DNA from: Candidatus Krumholzibacteriota bacterium
GTDB taxonomy: Bacteria; Krumholzibacteriota; Krumholzibacteriia; JAJRXK01
Assembly: GCA_963764625.1 (NCBI GenBank)
Contig: CAVXTH010000009.1
Span: 416,001 to 480,000 of the forward strand
DNA length: 64,000 nucleotides
Direction: 5' to 3'
Part shown: positions 42,364 through 52,854 of the stretch, one piece after another
How the letters are laid out: each line of letters opens with the position of its first letter
Position numbering within the stretch: the stretch's first letter is position 1
The notes under the pieces: generated by a model
The model's input: only the letters and a program-made list of their open reading frames with translations
What the model was told of the DNA's origin: nothing
Database searches by the model: none
Translations under genes and position numbers: made by a program

Positions 42364-43383
42364 ATGGAAGAGCGCTACCGAGAAGATACAGAGCAAAGCT
42401 ACCGCTTCGCCAAGGGCGAGTCGGCCGAACGCGGCCGCCCGATCGCGCTGGTCGCGGTGGGGGGGCACGCCTTCATGGAACCCGGGGGGAAGGGCACGAT
42501 CGAGGAACACGAGCGTTGCGCTTTCGCGCTCTGCGACAAACTGATGACCCTGGTGGAGCGCGGCTACGAGTTGGTGATCACGCACGGGAACGGGCCCCAG
42601 GTGGGAAGCCTCTTGCTCCAGCAGGAAGCGGCCCAGCCAGAAGTGGCCCCAATGCCGCTGGACGTACTGGTTGCGCAAACCGAGGGTTCGCTGGGCTACA
42701 TCCTGCAACAGGCCCTGCTCAACCAACTGCGGAGCCGAAACATCGGGCGCTACGTGGTGACGGTGGTCACGCAGGTCCTGGTGGACGAGAATGACGAGGC
42801 ATTCAACATGCCCACCAAACCCATCGGGCCCTTCTTGAGCGAGAAGGAAGCCAAGCGCCGCGCGAAGGAGCTCGGCTGGACCGTACGCGAGGACTCTGGC
42901 CGCGGTTGGCGCCGCGTGGTTCCCTCCCCGCGCCCGCTGAAAGTGATCCAGCGTCACATGATTCGTGACGCCGCGCACAAAGGCCACATCGTCCTCGCCT
43001 GTGGAGGGGGCGGCATACCCATCACCGAAGAGAAGGGCACGCGGGCCTACAAGGGTATGGAGGCGGTCATCGACAAGGACCTCACCTCTAGCGTGCTCGC
43101 CAGTCAGATCGGGGCCGAACTGTTGATCATCCTCACCGCGGTTCCGCAGGTGTACGCCGGATTCGGCAGCAAGGATCAACGTCCTCTAGGCGCCGTTACG
43201 CTGCAAGAAATCGAGCGTCTGCGCGCGGAGGGCAATTTTCCCGTGGGGAGCATGGGCCCCAAGATCGACGCGGTGATCCACTTCCTGAAATCGGGTGGGG
43301 TGCGCGGTCTCATCACCGATCCGCAGAGTCTGGCCGAAGCCCTGGAGGGCCAGGCGGGAACGCACCTCGTGGGACGCATCTGA
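42364..43383 (+). CDS. arcC: Carbamate kinase
   Basis: THGNGPQVG, PTKPIGPF, GWRRVVPSP, EAVIDKD and GSMGPK. Confidence 0.9.
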   Translation: MEERYREDTEQSYRFAKGESAERGRPIALVAVGGHAFMEPGGKGTIEEHERCAFALCDKLMTLVERGYELVITHGNGPQVGSLLLQQEAAQPEVAPMPLDVLVAQTEGSLGYILQQALLNQLRSRNIGRYVVTVVTQVLVDENDEAFNMPTKPIGPFLSEKEAKRRAKELGWTVREDSGRGWRRVVPSPRPLKVIQRHMIRDAAHKGHIVLACGGGGIPITEEKGTRAYKGMEAVIDKDLTSSVLASQIGAELLIILTAVPQVYAGFGSKDQRPLGAVTLQEIERLRAEGNFPVGSMGPKIDAVIHFLKSGGVRGLITDPQSLAEALEGQAGTHLVGRI

Positions 43384-44209
43384 TGGGAACCCCCGCGCGG
43401 CGGCCCGCCGTCGTCCTGAGTATCGCGGGAAGCGATAGCGGCGGGGAGCGGGGGTGCAGGCCGACCTGCGAACCTTCTGCGCGCTGCGCGTCCACGGCAC
43501 CTTTGCGATCACGGCATTGACCGCGCAAAACACTCAGGGAGTGCGCCACATCGAAGTCGCGACGGCAGAGAGCGTTCGGCAGCAAATCCTGGCGGTTCGC
43601 GAGGATTTTTCCGTGGCGGCAGTGAAAACCGGCATGCTTGCCAGTAAAGAAATCGTTGAGACGGTAGCCGACACCCTGGGAACCGGGCCTTTCGGTCCCC
43701 TGGTGGTCGATCCGGTGCTCGACGCCCAAAGCGAGGGGGTGCTTTTGCCCAGGGAAGCTCTCGCGACGCTCAAGGATCGCCTCTTGCCTCTGGCCACGCT
43801 CCTCACACCCAACCTTCCCGAAGCGGAGGCGCTCTTGGGAAGGCCGATCCCGGAGGGCATGCGGGAACTGGAAGTCGCCGCGCGCGAGATCCTCCGACTG
43901 GGCGTAAAAGCGGTGTTGATCAAGGGAGGACACGCCGAAGGACCCACAGCGGACGACCTTTTCTTCGATGGCGCACAGTTTCGTGTCTTCACCGCGCCAC
44001 GGATCCCCACCTCCAGCACCCACGGCACCGGCTGCACGCTTTCGGCCGCCATCACCGCGCATCTGGCGCGGGGAGCTTCGTTGCTCGAGTCGATCGAGCG
44101 AGCGAAGATCTACCTGACCGAGGCCTTGAAGGGCGCGGTTGCTCTCGGCCGCGGCCACGGACCGCTGCATCATTTCCACGAGTTCTACACAGCCGGGGAT
44201 TCTGCCTGA
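43383..44209 (+). CDS. thiD: Hydroxymethylpyrimidine/phosphomethylpyrimidine kinase; one G missing at ~43445
   Basis: VLSIAGSDSG(G)AGVQAD restored by adding one G to a G-run; TALTAQNT, TPNLPEA, KGGH and THGTGCT. Confidence 0.9.
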
Positions 44210-44249
44210 GAGTTCAGATCTCGCCTCGCCACTCACTGCATGGGCTCGC

Positions 44250-45269
44250 TCAGTCGCGTCTACGCTCGAGGGAAGGGATCTCGACGTGGAATGGGCGGAT
44301 GGTGAGATCCCCGAACGAAACCCGGGAGCGATAGCTGAGTCGAGGTCCCTCGGGGTCGCTGATCTCCCCCTGTCCCTCGCCGCCGCTGACTTCGCCGAAC
44401 ACCGCCTTGGCATCGCCATGCCACACGGCGTTGTCCGGGAGTCGAAGCAGCATTTCGCCCATTCTCATGTTCGTCACCAGGGAGGAATCGCGCAGGAGCG
44501 GTCCCCCGAAATGGATCCTCATCTCTCCCATCTCGCCCACGATGAGAATGTTCTTGGCCGCCAGGCGGGAAACGCCGTTGATCTCGAATTCCCCCATCTT
44601 GCCTTCGAGGCTGAAGCGGTTCATGTCGAGGGGATTGGAGCGATCGACCTCCAGACGGTAGTCGCCCATCACCAACTTGGTGGAGAGCGTGGCCAGAGCG
44701 AGATTCGTCAAATCGATCTTTCCCTCTCCCTTAGCCAGAGAGAGTTGCAGCTCCATCGGTGTTTCCACCGGCAATTGGACCTCGATCCGGTTGTCGGGAT
44801 GATCTTCGCCCGAGAACTTCTTGCTGGCGAGCAGCCGGCGCATCCAGTGAATTCGCGCTTTGAAGGTGAGGTGGTAGAGCGGCGTTCCGTCGTCGTCGAC
44901 ATCGTACTTCTGCACGAGGTCGTAGCTGGACTCGTCGTACTTGGCCTCGACTTTGATCCCGTCCGCCGCCGATCCCGGGTCGATGTGGAACTCCGCTTCT
45001 TCCAGCTCGAGGACCACCCGCACCGGCGCGGCGCCAGGAGTCTTCTCGCTCTCGGTTCCCGTGGGTTCCTTGCGCTCCAGCTGGGTCTGAGAGGTCGAAG
45101 ACGGGGCGGCCGGCGCGTTCGTCTCCACCTGTTGTCCCAGCTTGGCGCTGACGATGGAAGGCTCCGGCACTCCACTCATGCGGGCGCTCAGCACGAAGAT
45201 CAGGGCGAGCACCAACACGACGAGAGGAGAGAGGAGGCAGCCGAGGGCAATCTTGCTGGCACGTCGCAT
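44250..45269 (-). CDS. Membrane-anchored protein with LiaF/toast-rack-like beta-repeat domain
   Basis: N-terminal TM; repeated xMGE/xFGD beta-strand units. Confidence 0.6.
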   Translation of the reverse strand: MRRASKIALGCLLSPLVVLVLALIFVLSARMSGVPEPSIVSAKLGQQVETNAPAAPSSTSQTQLERKEPTGTESEKTPGAAPVRVVLELEEAEFHIDPGSAADGIKVEAKYDESSYDLVQKYDVDDDGTPLYHLTFKARIHWMRRLLASKKFSGEDHPDNRIEVQLPVETPMELQLSLAKGEGKIDLTNLALATLSTKLVMGDYRLEVDRSNPLDMNRFSLEGKMGEFEINGVSRLAAKNILIVGEMGEMRIHFGGPLLRDSSLVTNMRMGEMLLRLPDNAVWHGDAKAVFGEVSGGEGQGEISDPEGPRLSYRSRVSFGDLTIRPFHVEIPSLERRRD

Positions 45270-45495
45270 GGGGCGGGCTCCGTGGGAAGGGTCACAAAAC
45301 GGGCGGGGTCTAGCCCGGGGTGGACTACGGATCCTCTCCCGGCCCAGTTGCGCCGGAATGTATCTCGTCACTTCGGCGGCAAGCCGCGAGGCGCTGAGCC
45401 CCGAGCGGCTCATTTCCCTTCGCGGCCTTGCTCTCTGATATTATCTTTGTATCGGCGTAGGCCAGAATTTGCAACTTCGAGAAAGGACAGTCTGA

Positions 45496-47478
45496 ATGCC
45501 TCCCCTTACCCGGCTCCCCGGGCGGACAACTCCGCCCGTCCTCTCACGTTTCCTCTTGGTCTCGTTGCTCTTGACGGTATTTGCGACCCCCTCGCTCGCT
45601 TTGCGCGTAGCCTCGTGGAATGTCCTCAATGCAAGCCCAAGCAATCTGGCTTCACGCATCGTATACGTACGAACCGTGCTGACCGCGATTCATCCCGATT
45701 TGATGATCGCGGAAGAGATCATCGGCACCGATGGAGCTCAGAACTTCCTGGACAACGTGCTGAACAACATCGAACCCGGGCAGTGGAGCATGGCTCCCTT
45801 CGTGGAGGGGCCCGACACGGAAAGCGCCTGCTACTACCGGACCAGCGCTTTGAACTACCAGAGCATGGTCACGCTCCCCACCGCGCTGAGGAACATCTAC
45901 GGATGGGCCTTCAAGCCAGACGGTTACAGCGCGGCTGCCGCCGAGTTCCGCATCTACGCCGTGCATTTGAAGGCCAGTACGGGAACCGACAACGAGCAGA
46001 AGCGATTGGCCGAGGCCACGATTCTCCGCAATCACCTCAACTCGCTACCCGCGGGGAGTCATTTCTTGGTGGGGGGCGACTTCAATTTCTATTCCGCGAG
46101 TTCCGAGCCGGCTTGGGATGAGCTGACCGGAAGCGCCAGCGACAATGACGGGCGCTGCTACGATCCGATCGACCGGGTGGGGAGTTGGCACAACAATTCC
46201 GCGTTCGTGGATGTGCATTCACAGTCACCGCGACTCGACAATCTCGGAGACGGTGGTTCGACCGGTGGCCTGGATGATCGCTTCGACTTTCTGCTCGCCA
46301 ACGACGACATGCTCGACGGAGCCGGGATCGCCTATTTGGCCGGCACCTATACGACCTACGGACAGGACGGCAACCACTTCAACAAGAACATCACCGACTC
46401 GCCGACCATTCCGCAGGGGGCCACGATCGCCAATGCTCTCTTCCGCGGTTCGGACCATCTGCCCCTGTATCTCGAGCTGCAGATGCCCGCGGAGCTGCAG
46501 ATCACGGGAAACCTGGCCTTCGGCCGCGTCTTGATCGGAACCACTCCGCAAATCGGGCTCCAGGTAGCGAATCCCGCGCCGATTCCTTCCGATGCTCTCG
46601 ATTACAGCGTGCAGGCGAGCGCTGGATTCACCGCACCGTCCTCAAGCCCAAGCGTCGCGGCCGGTGGCTCCGGTTCGGCGAGCATCGGGGTCGTGACCTC
46701 GACGCCGGCCGATCTGACGGGCACCGTCGACTTCACCACCAACGCTCCCGACGATCCCACTCCGCAGGTGGCGGCGTCGGCGACGGTTCTGGCGCCGTCG
46801 GCACCTTCGGTTCGCTCCGACGCGCTGCTCAGCAGCGAGGCGGCCGATTTCGGCAGCCACGCGGTCGGCGAATTCAGCGACTTTCAAGTGGACGCGTACA
46901 ATTATGGTTTCACCACTCTACAGGCCCTGTTGAACGTCTATGAGGTACAGATTTCGGGCACCGACGCCGCGCGCTTCAGCGTGCCTTCGTTCGCGGCGCT
47001 CGACCTCGGGGCGACACCGGCTGCCTTCACAGTGCACTTCGACGATAGCGGCGCCACCGGGGGATCGGTCTACACGGCTAGCCTGCACTTCAAGACGCGG
47101 GATGAACAAGGCGTGTTGGGGGCGAGCGCGCGCAACGATCTCGTCTACGACCTGTCGGCGACGGTGGAAGCGGTGGGCACTGCCGCTCCGGCGATTCCCG
47201 GCATCACGCGGCTTCTCACGAATCACCCGAATCCGTTCAATCCGAGTACGACCATCCGCTTCGACCTTGCGCGGGCCGGCGCGGTGCATCTCTCCATCTA
47301 CGACGCGCGCGGCCGTCAGATCGCGACCCTGCTCGATGGCGGGCTGCCGGCGGGCTCTCATTCAACCATTTGGAACGGGGTCGACTCCACGGGACGTCAG
47401 GTCGCCAGTGGGGTATACTTCTACCGCTTCCAAGCCGATGGAGTCGATCAGACTCGGTCGATGACGCTCGTGCGCTGA
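45496..47478 (+). CDS. Secreted endonuclease/exonuclease/phosphatase with Ig-like domains and FlgD-Ig/T9SS-like C-terminal domain
   Basis: VASWNV, HLKA, GGDFN, DDRFD and SDHLP; C-terminal NHPNPFNPSTTIRF...IYD.RGR...WNG.D..G..VASGVYF. Confidence 0.85.
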   Translation: MPPLTRLPGRTTPPVLSRFLLVSLLLTVFATPSLALRVASWNVLNASPSNLASRIVYVRTVLTAIHPDLMIAEEIIGTDGAQNFLDNVLNNIEPGQWSMAPFVEGPDTESACYYRTSALNYQSMVTLPTALRNIYGWAFKPDGYSAAAAEFRIYAVHLKASTGTDNEQKRLAEATILRNHLNSLPAGSHFLVGGDFNFYSASSEPAWDELTGSASDNDGRCYDPIDRVGSWHNNSAFVDVHSQSPRLDNLGDGGSTGGLDDRFDFLLANDDMLDGAGIAYLAGTYTTYGQDGNHFNKNITDSPTIPQGATIANALFRGSDHLPLYLELQMPAELQITGNLAFGRVLIGTTPQIGLQVANPAPIPSDALDYSVQASAGFTAPSSSPSVAAGGSGSASIGVVTSTPADLTGTVDFTTNAPDDPTPQVAASATVLAPSAPSVRSDALLSSEAADFGSHAVGEFSDFQVDAYNYGFTTLQALLNVYEVQISGTDAARFSVPSFAALDLGATPAAFTVHFDDSGATGGSVYTASLHFKTRDEQGVLGASARNDLVYDLSATVEAVGTAAPAIPGITRLLTNHPNPFNPSTTIRFDLARAGAVHLSIYDARGRQIATLLDGGLPAGSHSTIWNGVDSTGRQVASGVYFYRFQADGVDQTRSMTLVR

Positions 47479-47533
47479 GCGGCGCGTAGTTGAAACGGGG
47501 GTGGTGAGCGCCCTTGGGCGCTCACCTCGGTCG

Positions 47534-50191
47534 ATGGCGAAATCCTTCCTTTCGGTTCTCGTGGCGGTGGGACTGCTGGGCGCCGGGCTCGGGTTTGCGC
47601 CAGCCCGGGCTCAGGAAAAAGGCATCAAGAGCCCCGCGCAGTGGCTGGGTCACCCTCTCGGCGCCGACCGAGAGCTGGCTGACTGGGACACCATCGTACG
47701 CTACAGCTACTACCTGAGCGGAGAGAGCGACCGCGTCGACGTGGTCGAACTCGGGCAGAGCACCCTCGGTAAACCCTTCATCCTGGTCATTCTGGGCAGC
47801 ACCGAGTCCGTGGCCGAGCGCGATCATCTGCAGGATCTCGTCCACCGTCTCACCGAGGTCTCCGCCACCTCCGAATCGCAGGCGCGCGAGTTCGCGCAAA
47901 AGGGCAAGGTCATCGTCGCGCTCTCGTTGGGTCTGCACGCGATCGAAGTCGGGGCCTCTCAGGCCTCGATGGAGATGATGTACGAGTTTGCCACCCGAAA
48001 CGACGCGAAGACACGGGCCATTCTGGACAACTGTCTTGTGCTCATGGTGCCCTCGATGAATCCCGATGGCCTGGACATCGTGGCCGACTGGTACAAGAAG
48101 AGCGTGGGGACACAGGCCGAGGGCAGTCCGCCCCCCTGGCTCTATCACCACTACGCGGGGCACGACAACAACCGCGACGGCTTCTTCAACAACCTGAAGG
48201 AGACCGCGCTCTGGTCTCGCCTGCTCTACGAAGACTGGTTGCCGCAGGTGGTCCTGGATGAGCACCAAATGGGGGCTTCCGGTCCTCGCCTCTTCTTACC
48301 GCCCTTCGACGATCCCATCTCGCCCTCGGTTCATCCTCTGGTTTACAGCCAGCTCTCCGCCGCGGGACAACAGATGGTGAGCGACCTCACCGCGAAGGGC
48401 TGGACCGGCATCGCCACCTCCACCATGTTCACCGCGGAGTGGCCGGGTTCAGTGCGCAGCACCGGGTTCTGGCACAACATGCTCGGCTTGCTCTCGGAGG
48501 TGGCGAGCGCGCGGATCGCGACCCCTCTCTATTTTGCGCCCGGAAGCCTGGAAGGTGGGGGACGGGGGCTGCCGTCGTACCGCAAGCAGGCCAACTTCCT
48601 CGCACCATGGAGCGGTGGATGGTGGCGTCTGGGTGACATCATCACGCTCGAAAACGACCTCACCTGGTCTCTGCTGGCCTGGACGGCGCGCGAGAGAGAA
48701 CAGCTCCTCTTCAATTTCTACCAGATGAACGCGGACGCGGTGCGGCGCGGCCGCAGCGAAGCGCCCTATGGATTCGTGGTGGGGGCGGATCAACACGACT
48801 CCGGCGCCGCGCACCGATTGGCCCGGCTCCTCCTGGATGGAGGGATCGAGTTGCGCTGGCTTGCGGGTCCGGCCGAAGTAGGGGGAAGGCTCTATCCGCA
48901 CGGCGCCTACCTGATCGACGCGGCACAGCCCTTTCGTCCTTTCCTCATGGAGATGCTCGACCCGCCCGACTATCCGCTGGGGGGCGGCTCGAAGGACGAA
49001 GCGCCCCCGCACCCCTACGACGTCACCGCCTGGAGTCTTCCCGCGCTCTTGGACCTGAGAATCGAGTCCTTGGCGAGGCCGCTGGACTTCGGCCGGGCGG
49101 CCAAGGTCCTGCGGCCCCAACGCCCGCTGGTGGAGAAGTTCCAGGGCCCGGTCCGCCTCCCCGCGAGCGACAACGCCAGCCATGTGGCGGTGGCGCGGCT
49201 CCTGGCCCGTGGCGTGACCGTCTGGCGCTGGATCGAGCCGCAAGACGCGGCCTTCGACTCGACCGGCGGGCCACGCCAGGGAGACTTCCTGCTCGAAAGC
49301 GGCCAGGAGGCGGACGCGATCTTCATGGCCTGTGGCGCGCGGCCGAGCCCTCTCTCCGCTCTCACCCTGCACCCGGACGAGCTGGGCTCGCGCGCCGTCA
49401 CCTTGCACGCACCCTCTCTGGCCTTGTACTGCCCGTGGGGCGGGAGCATCAGTGAAGGGTGGATGCGGCTCGTCCTCGACCGCGGAGGCTTCAGCTACCG
49501 GAGCTTACGGAACCAGGACTTCCGCGCTCTGGCGAACCGTGTCGATGGGGGAGCGGCGCTTCGAGCTAGCTATGACCTCATCGTGCTCCCTTCGATCTCG
49601 CCCGAGGTTCTCTCGCAGGGACGGGAGGAGGCGCGAGGCCCCGCCCTGACGCGCGCCACCTGGCCCGAGAAATACCAGGGTGGTCTGGACGACACGGGCG
49701 CGGCGAAACTCCTGGAGGGCTTCGTGCGCGAGGGTGGAACCCTCATCGCGCTGGGTGCGGCGACCCGCTGGACGAGCCACGCGCTCGAGCTGCCGGTCGA
49801 GCCCACCCTGGAGTTCCTCTCGCCCGAGCAATTCCAGGCCCCCGGGACTTTGGTGAGAGCCACGCTCGATCCCAAGCAGCCCTTGGCCTGGGGCATGCCA
49901 CCCTCGGTGGCGGTGTATCTCGCGGCGGGCGAGGCATTCCGGCCGCGGGCCTACACCGAGAAAATCGACGTCCCCGCGCTCTACGCGCGGCAGGATCTGC
50001 TCGTCTCGGGTCACCTCGTGGGTGGAGAACACCTCGCCGGCCGGCCGGCCCTGGTGGATCTCAAGCTCGGGAAGGGGAGAATCGTGCTCTTCGGCTTCTC
50101 TCCGCTGTATCGCGCCCAGACCGAGGCCACTTTCAAACTCCTCTTCAACGCGCTGCTGAGAGCCGGAGAGGGGACGGGAGCTTCAGGCTAG
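47534..50191 (+). CDS. Secreted M14 zinc carboxypeptidase-family protein
   Basis: Signal peptide; LHAIE (HxxE), NPDG, DNNRD and DEHQMG; PYDVTAWSLP. Confidence 0.85.
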   Translation: MAKSFLSVLVAVGLLGAGLGFAPARAQEKGIKSPAQWLGHPLGADRELADWDTIVRYSYYLSGESDRVDVVELGQSTLGKPFILVILGSTESVAERDHLQDLVHRLTEVSATSESQAREFAQKGKVIVALSLGLHAIEVGASQASMEMMYEFATRNDAKTRAILDNCLVLMVPSMNPDGLDIVADWYKKSVGTQAEGSPPPWLYHHYAGHDNNRDGFFNNLKETALWSRLLYEDWLPQVVLDEHQMGASGPRLFLPPFDDPISPSVHPLVYSQLSAAGQQMVSDLTAKGWTGIATSTMFTAEWPGSVRSTGFWHNMLGLLSEVASARIATPLYFAPGSLEGGGRGLPSYRKQANFLAPWSGGWWRLGDIITLENDLTWSLLAWTAREREQLLFNFYQMNADAVRRGRSEAPYGFVVGADQHDSGAAHRLARLLLDGGIELRWLAGPAEVGGRLYPHGAYLIDAAQPFRPFLMEMLDPPDYPLGGGSKDEAPPHPYDVTAWSLPALLDLRIESLARPLDFGRAAKVLRPQRPLVEKFQGPVRLPASDNASHVAVARLLARGVTVWRWIEPQDAAFDSTGGPRQGDFLLESGQEADAIFMACGARPSPLSALTLHPDELGSRAVTLHAPSLALYCPWGGSISEGWMRLVLDRGGFSYRSLRNQDFRALANRVDGGAALRASYDLIVLPSISPEVLSQGREEARGPALTRATWPEKYQGGLDDTGAAKLLEGFVREGGTLIALGAATRWTSHALELPVEPTLEFLSPEQFQAPGTLVRATLDPKQPLAWGMPPSVAVYLAAGEAFRPRAYTEKIDVPALYARQDLLVSGHLVGGEHLAGRPALVDLKLGKGRIVLFGFSPLYRAQTEATFKLLFNALLRAGEGTGASG

Positions 50192-50426
50192 CTGCCCTGG
50201 CTTGGGTGCAATGCCGTTGGCGGCGCCGATTCCCATCCGCTCCATGAGAGTCCCTTGTCCAAAAAGCCCAGTCGGGACTGGACCTCGCTACCCCACGCTC
50301 TATATTGACGACCACTGGGGGATGAGCCCGAGGCGGAGCCAGCTTTCTTCCTCGTCGGCTTGCTCACAGTCCTAGACGCGCTTAGACTGCTTTCTTAAAT
50401 CATTAAGAGCGCGCGGGAGGTTTGCC

Positions 50427-50927
50427 TTGGCTTCAACAGACTCGAATTCGTCTACCTCAGATCCGCAGCTGAAGCAGATCCTCCGCAGCGAAAAAGTGCG
50501 CCACGTGATGATACGTGAGCCTTTCACCGTCCCTCTTCACTCTCCGGTGAACGAGGCGGTGGAGGGAATCAAGGAGCGCACCACGAAATACGCTCTGGTG
50601 GTCGAGGGAGAATCCCTCGCCGGGATCTTCACCGAACGCGATTACCTGGACAAAATCGCCGGGATGAGAGTTTCCCTGCAGCAGCCGGTCGACGAGTTCA
50701 TGACGCGTGAGCCGCAGTTCATAGGGCCCGACAACTCGATTGCGGAGGCTCTCGATCTCATCATCGAAGGCGGATACCGCCATCTTCCCGTGGTAGAGAA
50801 CAACAAGCTGGTGGGTGTTATCACCTCTCTGGGCATCGTGAAATACATCGCGGAGCTCTTTCCCACCGAGGTCTACAACTTGCCTCCCCGGCCGGGTCAG
50901 GTCATGAACCAGGCTGAGGGGGGTTGA
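50427..50927 (+). CDS. CBS-pair protein
   Basis: GIFTERD, FMT.EP and GGYRHLPVV. Confidence 0.88.
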   Translation: MASTDSNSSTSDPQLKQILRSEKVRHVMIREPFTVPLHSPVNEAVEGIKERTTKYALVVEGESLAGIFTERDYLDKIAGMRVSLQQPVDEFMTREPQFIGPDNSIAEALDLIIEGGYRHLPVVENNKLVGVITSLGIVKYIAELFPTEVYNLPPRPGQVMNQAEGG

Positions 50928-50978
50928 TCGAGCATCGTTCGCTAGGACTTCAACCTGAACCTCGAGGACTGAAGATCA

Positions 50979-52835
50979 ATGTCAGAGCGCAAGGTGACAG
51001 AATTAGAATGTGTCACGATCCGCTTCGCGGGTGATTCCGGAGACGGGATGCAACTCACCGGCTCCCGCTTCACGGATACTGCAGCCTTGATCGGAAACGA
51101 CATCGCGACCTTCCCCGACTATCCGGCCGAGATCCGCGCCCCAGCCGGCTCTTTGGCGGGGGTATCGGGCTTTCAAATTCAGTTCAGTTCACACGACATT
51201 CGCACGCCCGGTGACCACCCCGACGTGCTGGTCGCCATGAACCCGGCCGCGCTCAAAGTAAACCTGAATGACCTTCCCAAGGGCGGCGTCCTGGTGGTGA
51301 ACGAGGATGCCTTCGCGAAGTCGAATTTGAAGTTCGCGGGGTACGAGACCAATCCGCTGGAAGACGGCTCTCTGGCCGAATACCGGCTCATCCGGGTCCC
51401 CATGACCGAACTGACCATCAAGGCGGTCGAAGAGACCGGCTTGAAGCGGAAGTTGGCCGAACGCTGCAAGAACTTCTTCGCCCTGGGTGTGATGTTCTAT
51501 CTCTATCAGCGCTCGCTCGACCCCACTCTGAAGTGGATCGAGCTGAAGTTCGGCGCCAAGCCCGAAATCGCGCAGGCCAACAAGCTCGCGCTCACCAAGG
51601 GCTTTCACTACGCCGAGACGGTGGAGGTCTTCCAGACCACCTACGAGGTCAAGAAGGCCGCTTTGCCTCCGGGAACCTACCGCAGCATCAACGGGAACCA
51701 GGCCCTCGCTCTGGGATTCGTCGCCGCGGGTTCGGTGGCTAAGACCCCCGTCTTCTACGGCTCGTATCCCATCACTCCGGCCAGCGACATCCTGCACGAG
51801 CTGGCGCGCCACAAGGGTTTCGGAGTGAAGACCTTCCAGGCCGAAGATGAAATCGCGGCCATCGGCGCCACGATCGGCGCGGCCTACGGCGGTTCGATCG
51901 CGGTCACCGGGACCAGCGGTCCCGGCGTGGCACTGAAGAGTGAGGCCATGGGACTCGCGGTGATGACCGAACTGCCGGTGGTCATCGTGAACGTACAGAG
52001 GGGAGGGCCCTCGACCGGACTTCCCACCAAGACCGAGCAGGCGGACCTCTTCCAGGCCGTACTGGGACGCAACGGCGAGTGTCCGATGCCGGTGATCGCG
52101 CCGTCGACGCCCGGCGACTGCTTCCACATCGCGATGGAAGCGGTGCGACTGGCAACCAAGTACATGACTCCGGTGATCGTGCTGTCCGACGGCTATCTGG
52201 CCAACGGGGCCGAGCCCTGGCGGATTCCCGATCTGACGGAGTTGCCCAGGATCGAGATCAAGTTCGCGACCAAGAGCGAAGGGGAGTTCATGCCCTATGA
52301 GCGCGATGCGAAGACCCTGTCGCGTCCCTGGGCCATCCCCGGAACCCCAGGTCTCGAGCACCGCATCGGCGGCCTCGAGAAGGACCATCTCACGGGAAAC
52401 GTGAGCTACGACCCCGAGAACCACGAAGAGATGATCAAGCTCCGCGCGCGCAAGGTCGCGGGCATCGTGGACGACATTCCCGATCTTGCGATCGAAGGCC
52501 CCGCCGACGCGGAGTTGCTCGTGTTGGGGTGGGGTTCGACCTACGGTGCCATCACGAGCGCCTGCGAATCCCTGCGGGTCACCGAAGGCCTGTCGGTCGC
52601 CAACGCGCACTTGCGCTATCTGAACCCGTTCCCCGCCAATCTCGGGAAGATTCTCGACAGTTTCGACCAGGTCCTGGTGCCTGAGATGAACATGGGTCAG
52701 CTCCGCCGTCTCCTGCGCGCCGAGTACCTCAAGCCGGTCATGGGCTTGAGCAAAGTGCAAGGAAAGCCGTTCAAGGTGGAGGAGATCGCGGAGAAGGTCA
52801 GAGCCCTTTTGCAGAAGAAGGCTGTCGCCAGATGA
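50979..52835 (+). CDS. korA: 2-oxoacid:ferredoxin oxidoreductase alpha subunit
   Basis: FAGDSGDGMQ, YPITPASD, QAEDEIAA and QRGGPSTGLPTK. Confidence 0.93.
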   Translation: MSERKVTELECVTIRFAGDSGDGMQLTGSRFTDTAALIGNDIATFPDYPAEIRAPAGSLAGVSGFQIQFSSHDIRTPGDHPDVLVAMNPAALKVNLNDLPKGGVLVVNEDAFAKSNLKFAGYETNPLEDGSLAEYRLIRVPMTELTIKAVEETGLKRKLAERCKNFFALGVMFYLYQRSLDPTLKWIELKFGAKPEIAQANKLALTKGFHYAETVEVFQTTYEVKKAALPPGTYRSINGNQALALGFVAAGSVAKTPVFYGSYPITPASDILHELARHKGFGVKTFQAEDEIAAIGATIGAAYGGSIAVTGTSGPGVALKSEAMGLAVMTELPVVIVNVQRGGPSTGLPTKTEQADLFQAVLGRNGECPMPVIAPSTPGDCFHIAMEAVRLATKYMTPVIVLSDGYLANGAEPWRIPDLTELPRIEIKFATKSEGEFMPYERDAKTLSRPWAIPGTPGLEHRIGGLEKDHLTGNVSYDPENHEEMIKLRARKVAGIVDDIPDLAIEGPADAELLVLGWGSTYGAITSACESLRVTEGLSVANAHLRYLNPFPANLGKILDSFDQVLVPEMNMGQLRRLLRAEYLKPVMGLSKVQGKPFKVEEIAEKVRALLQKKAVAR

Positions 52836-52854
52836 GCCCGAAAGGAAGAATGAG

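Noticed and set aside
44139-46121. 660-aa plus-strand ORF
   Set aside because: Overlaps thiD, a minus-strand gene and the EEP gene in another frame; Arg/His-rich, non-protein-like composition.
50393-50408. TCTTAA-ATCA-TTAAGA palindrome upstream of the CBS-korAB operon
   Set aside because: Possible operator but short, with no assignable regulator; too weak to call.
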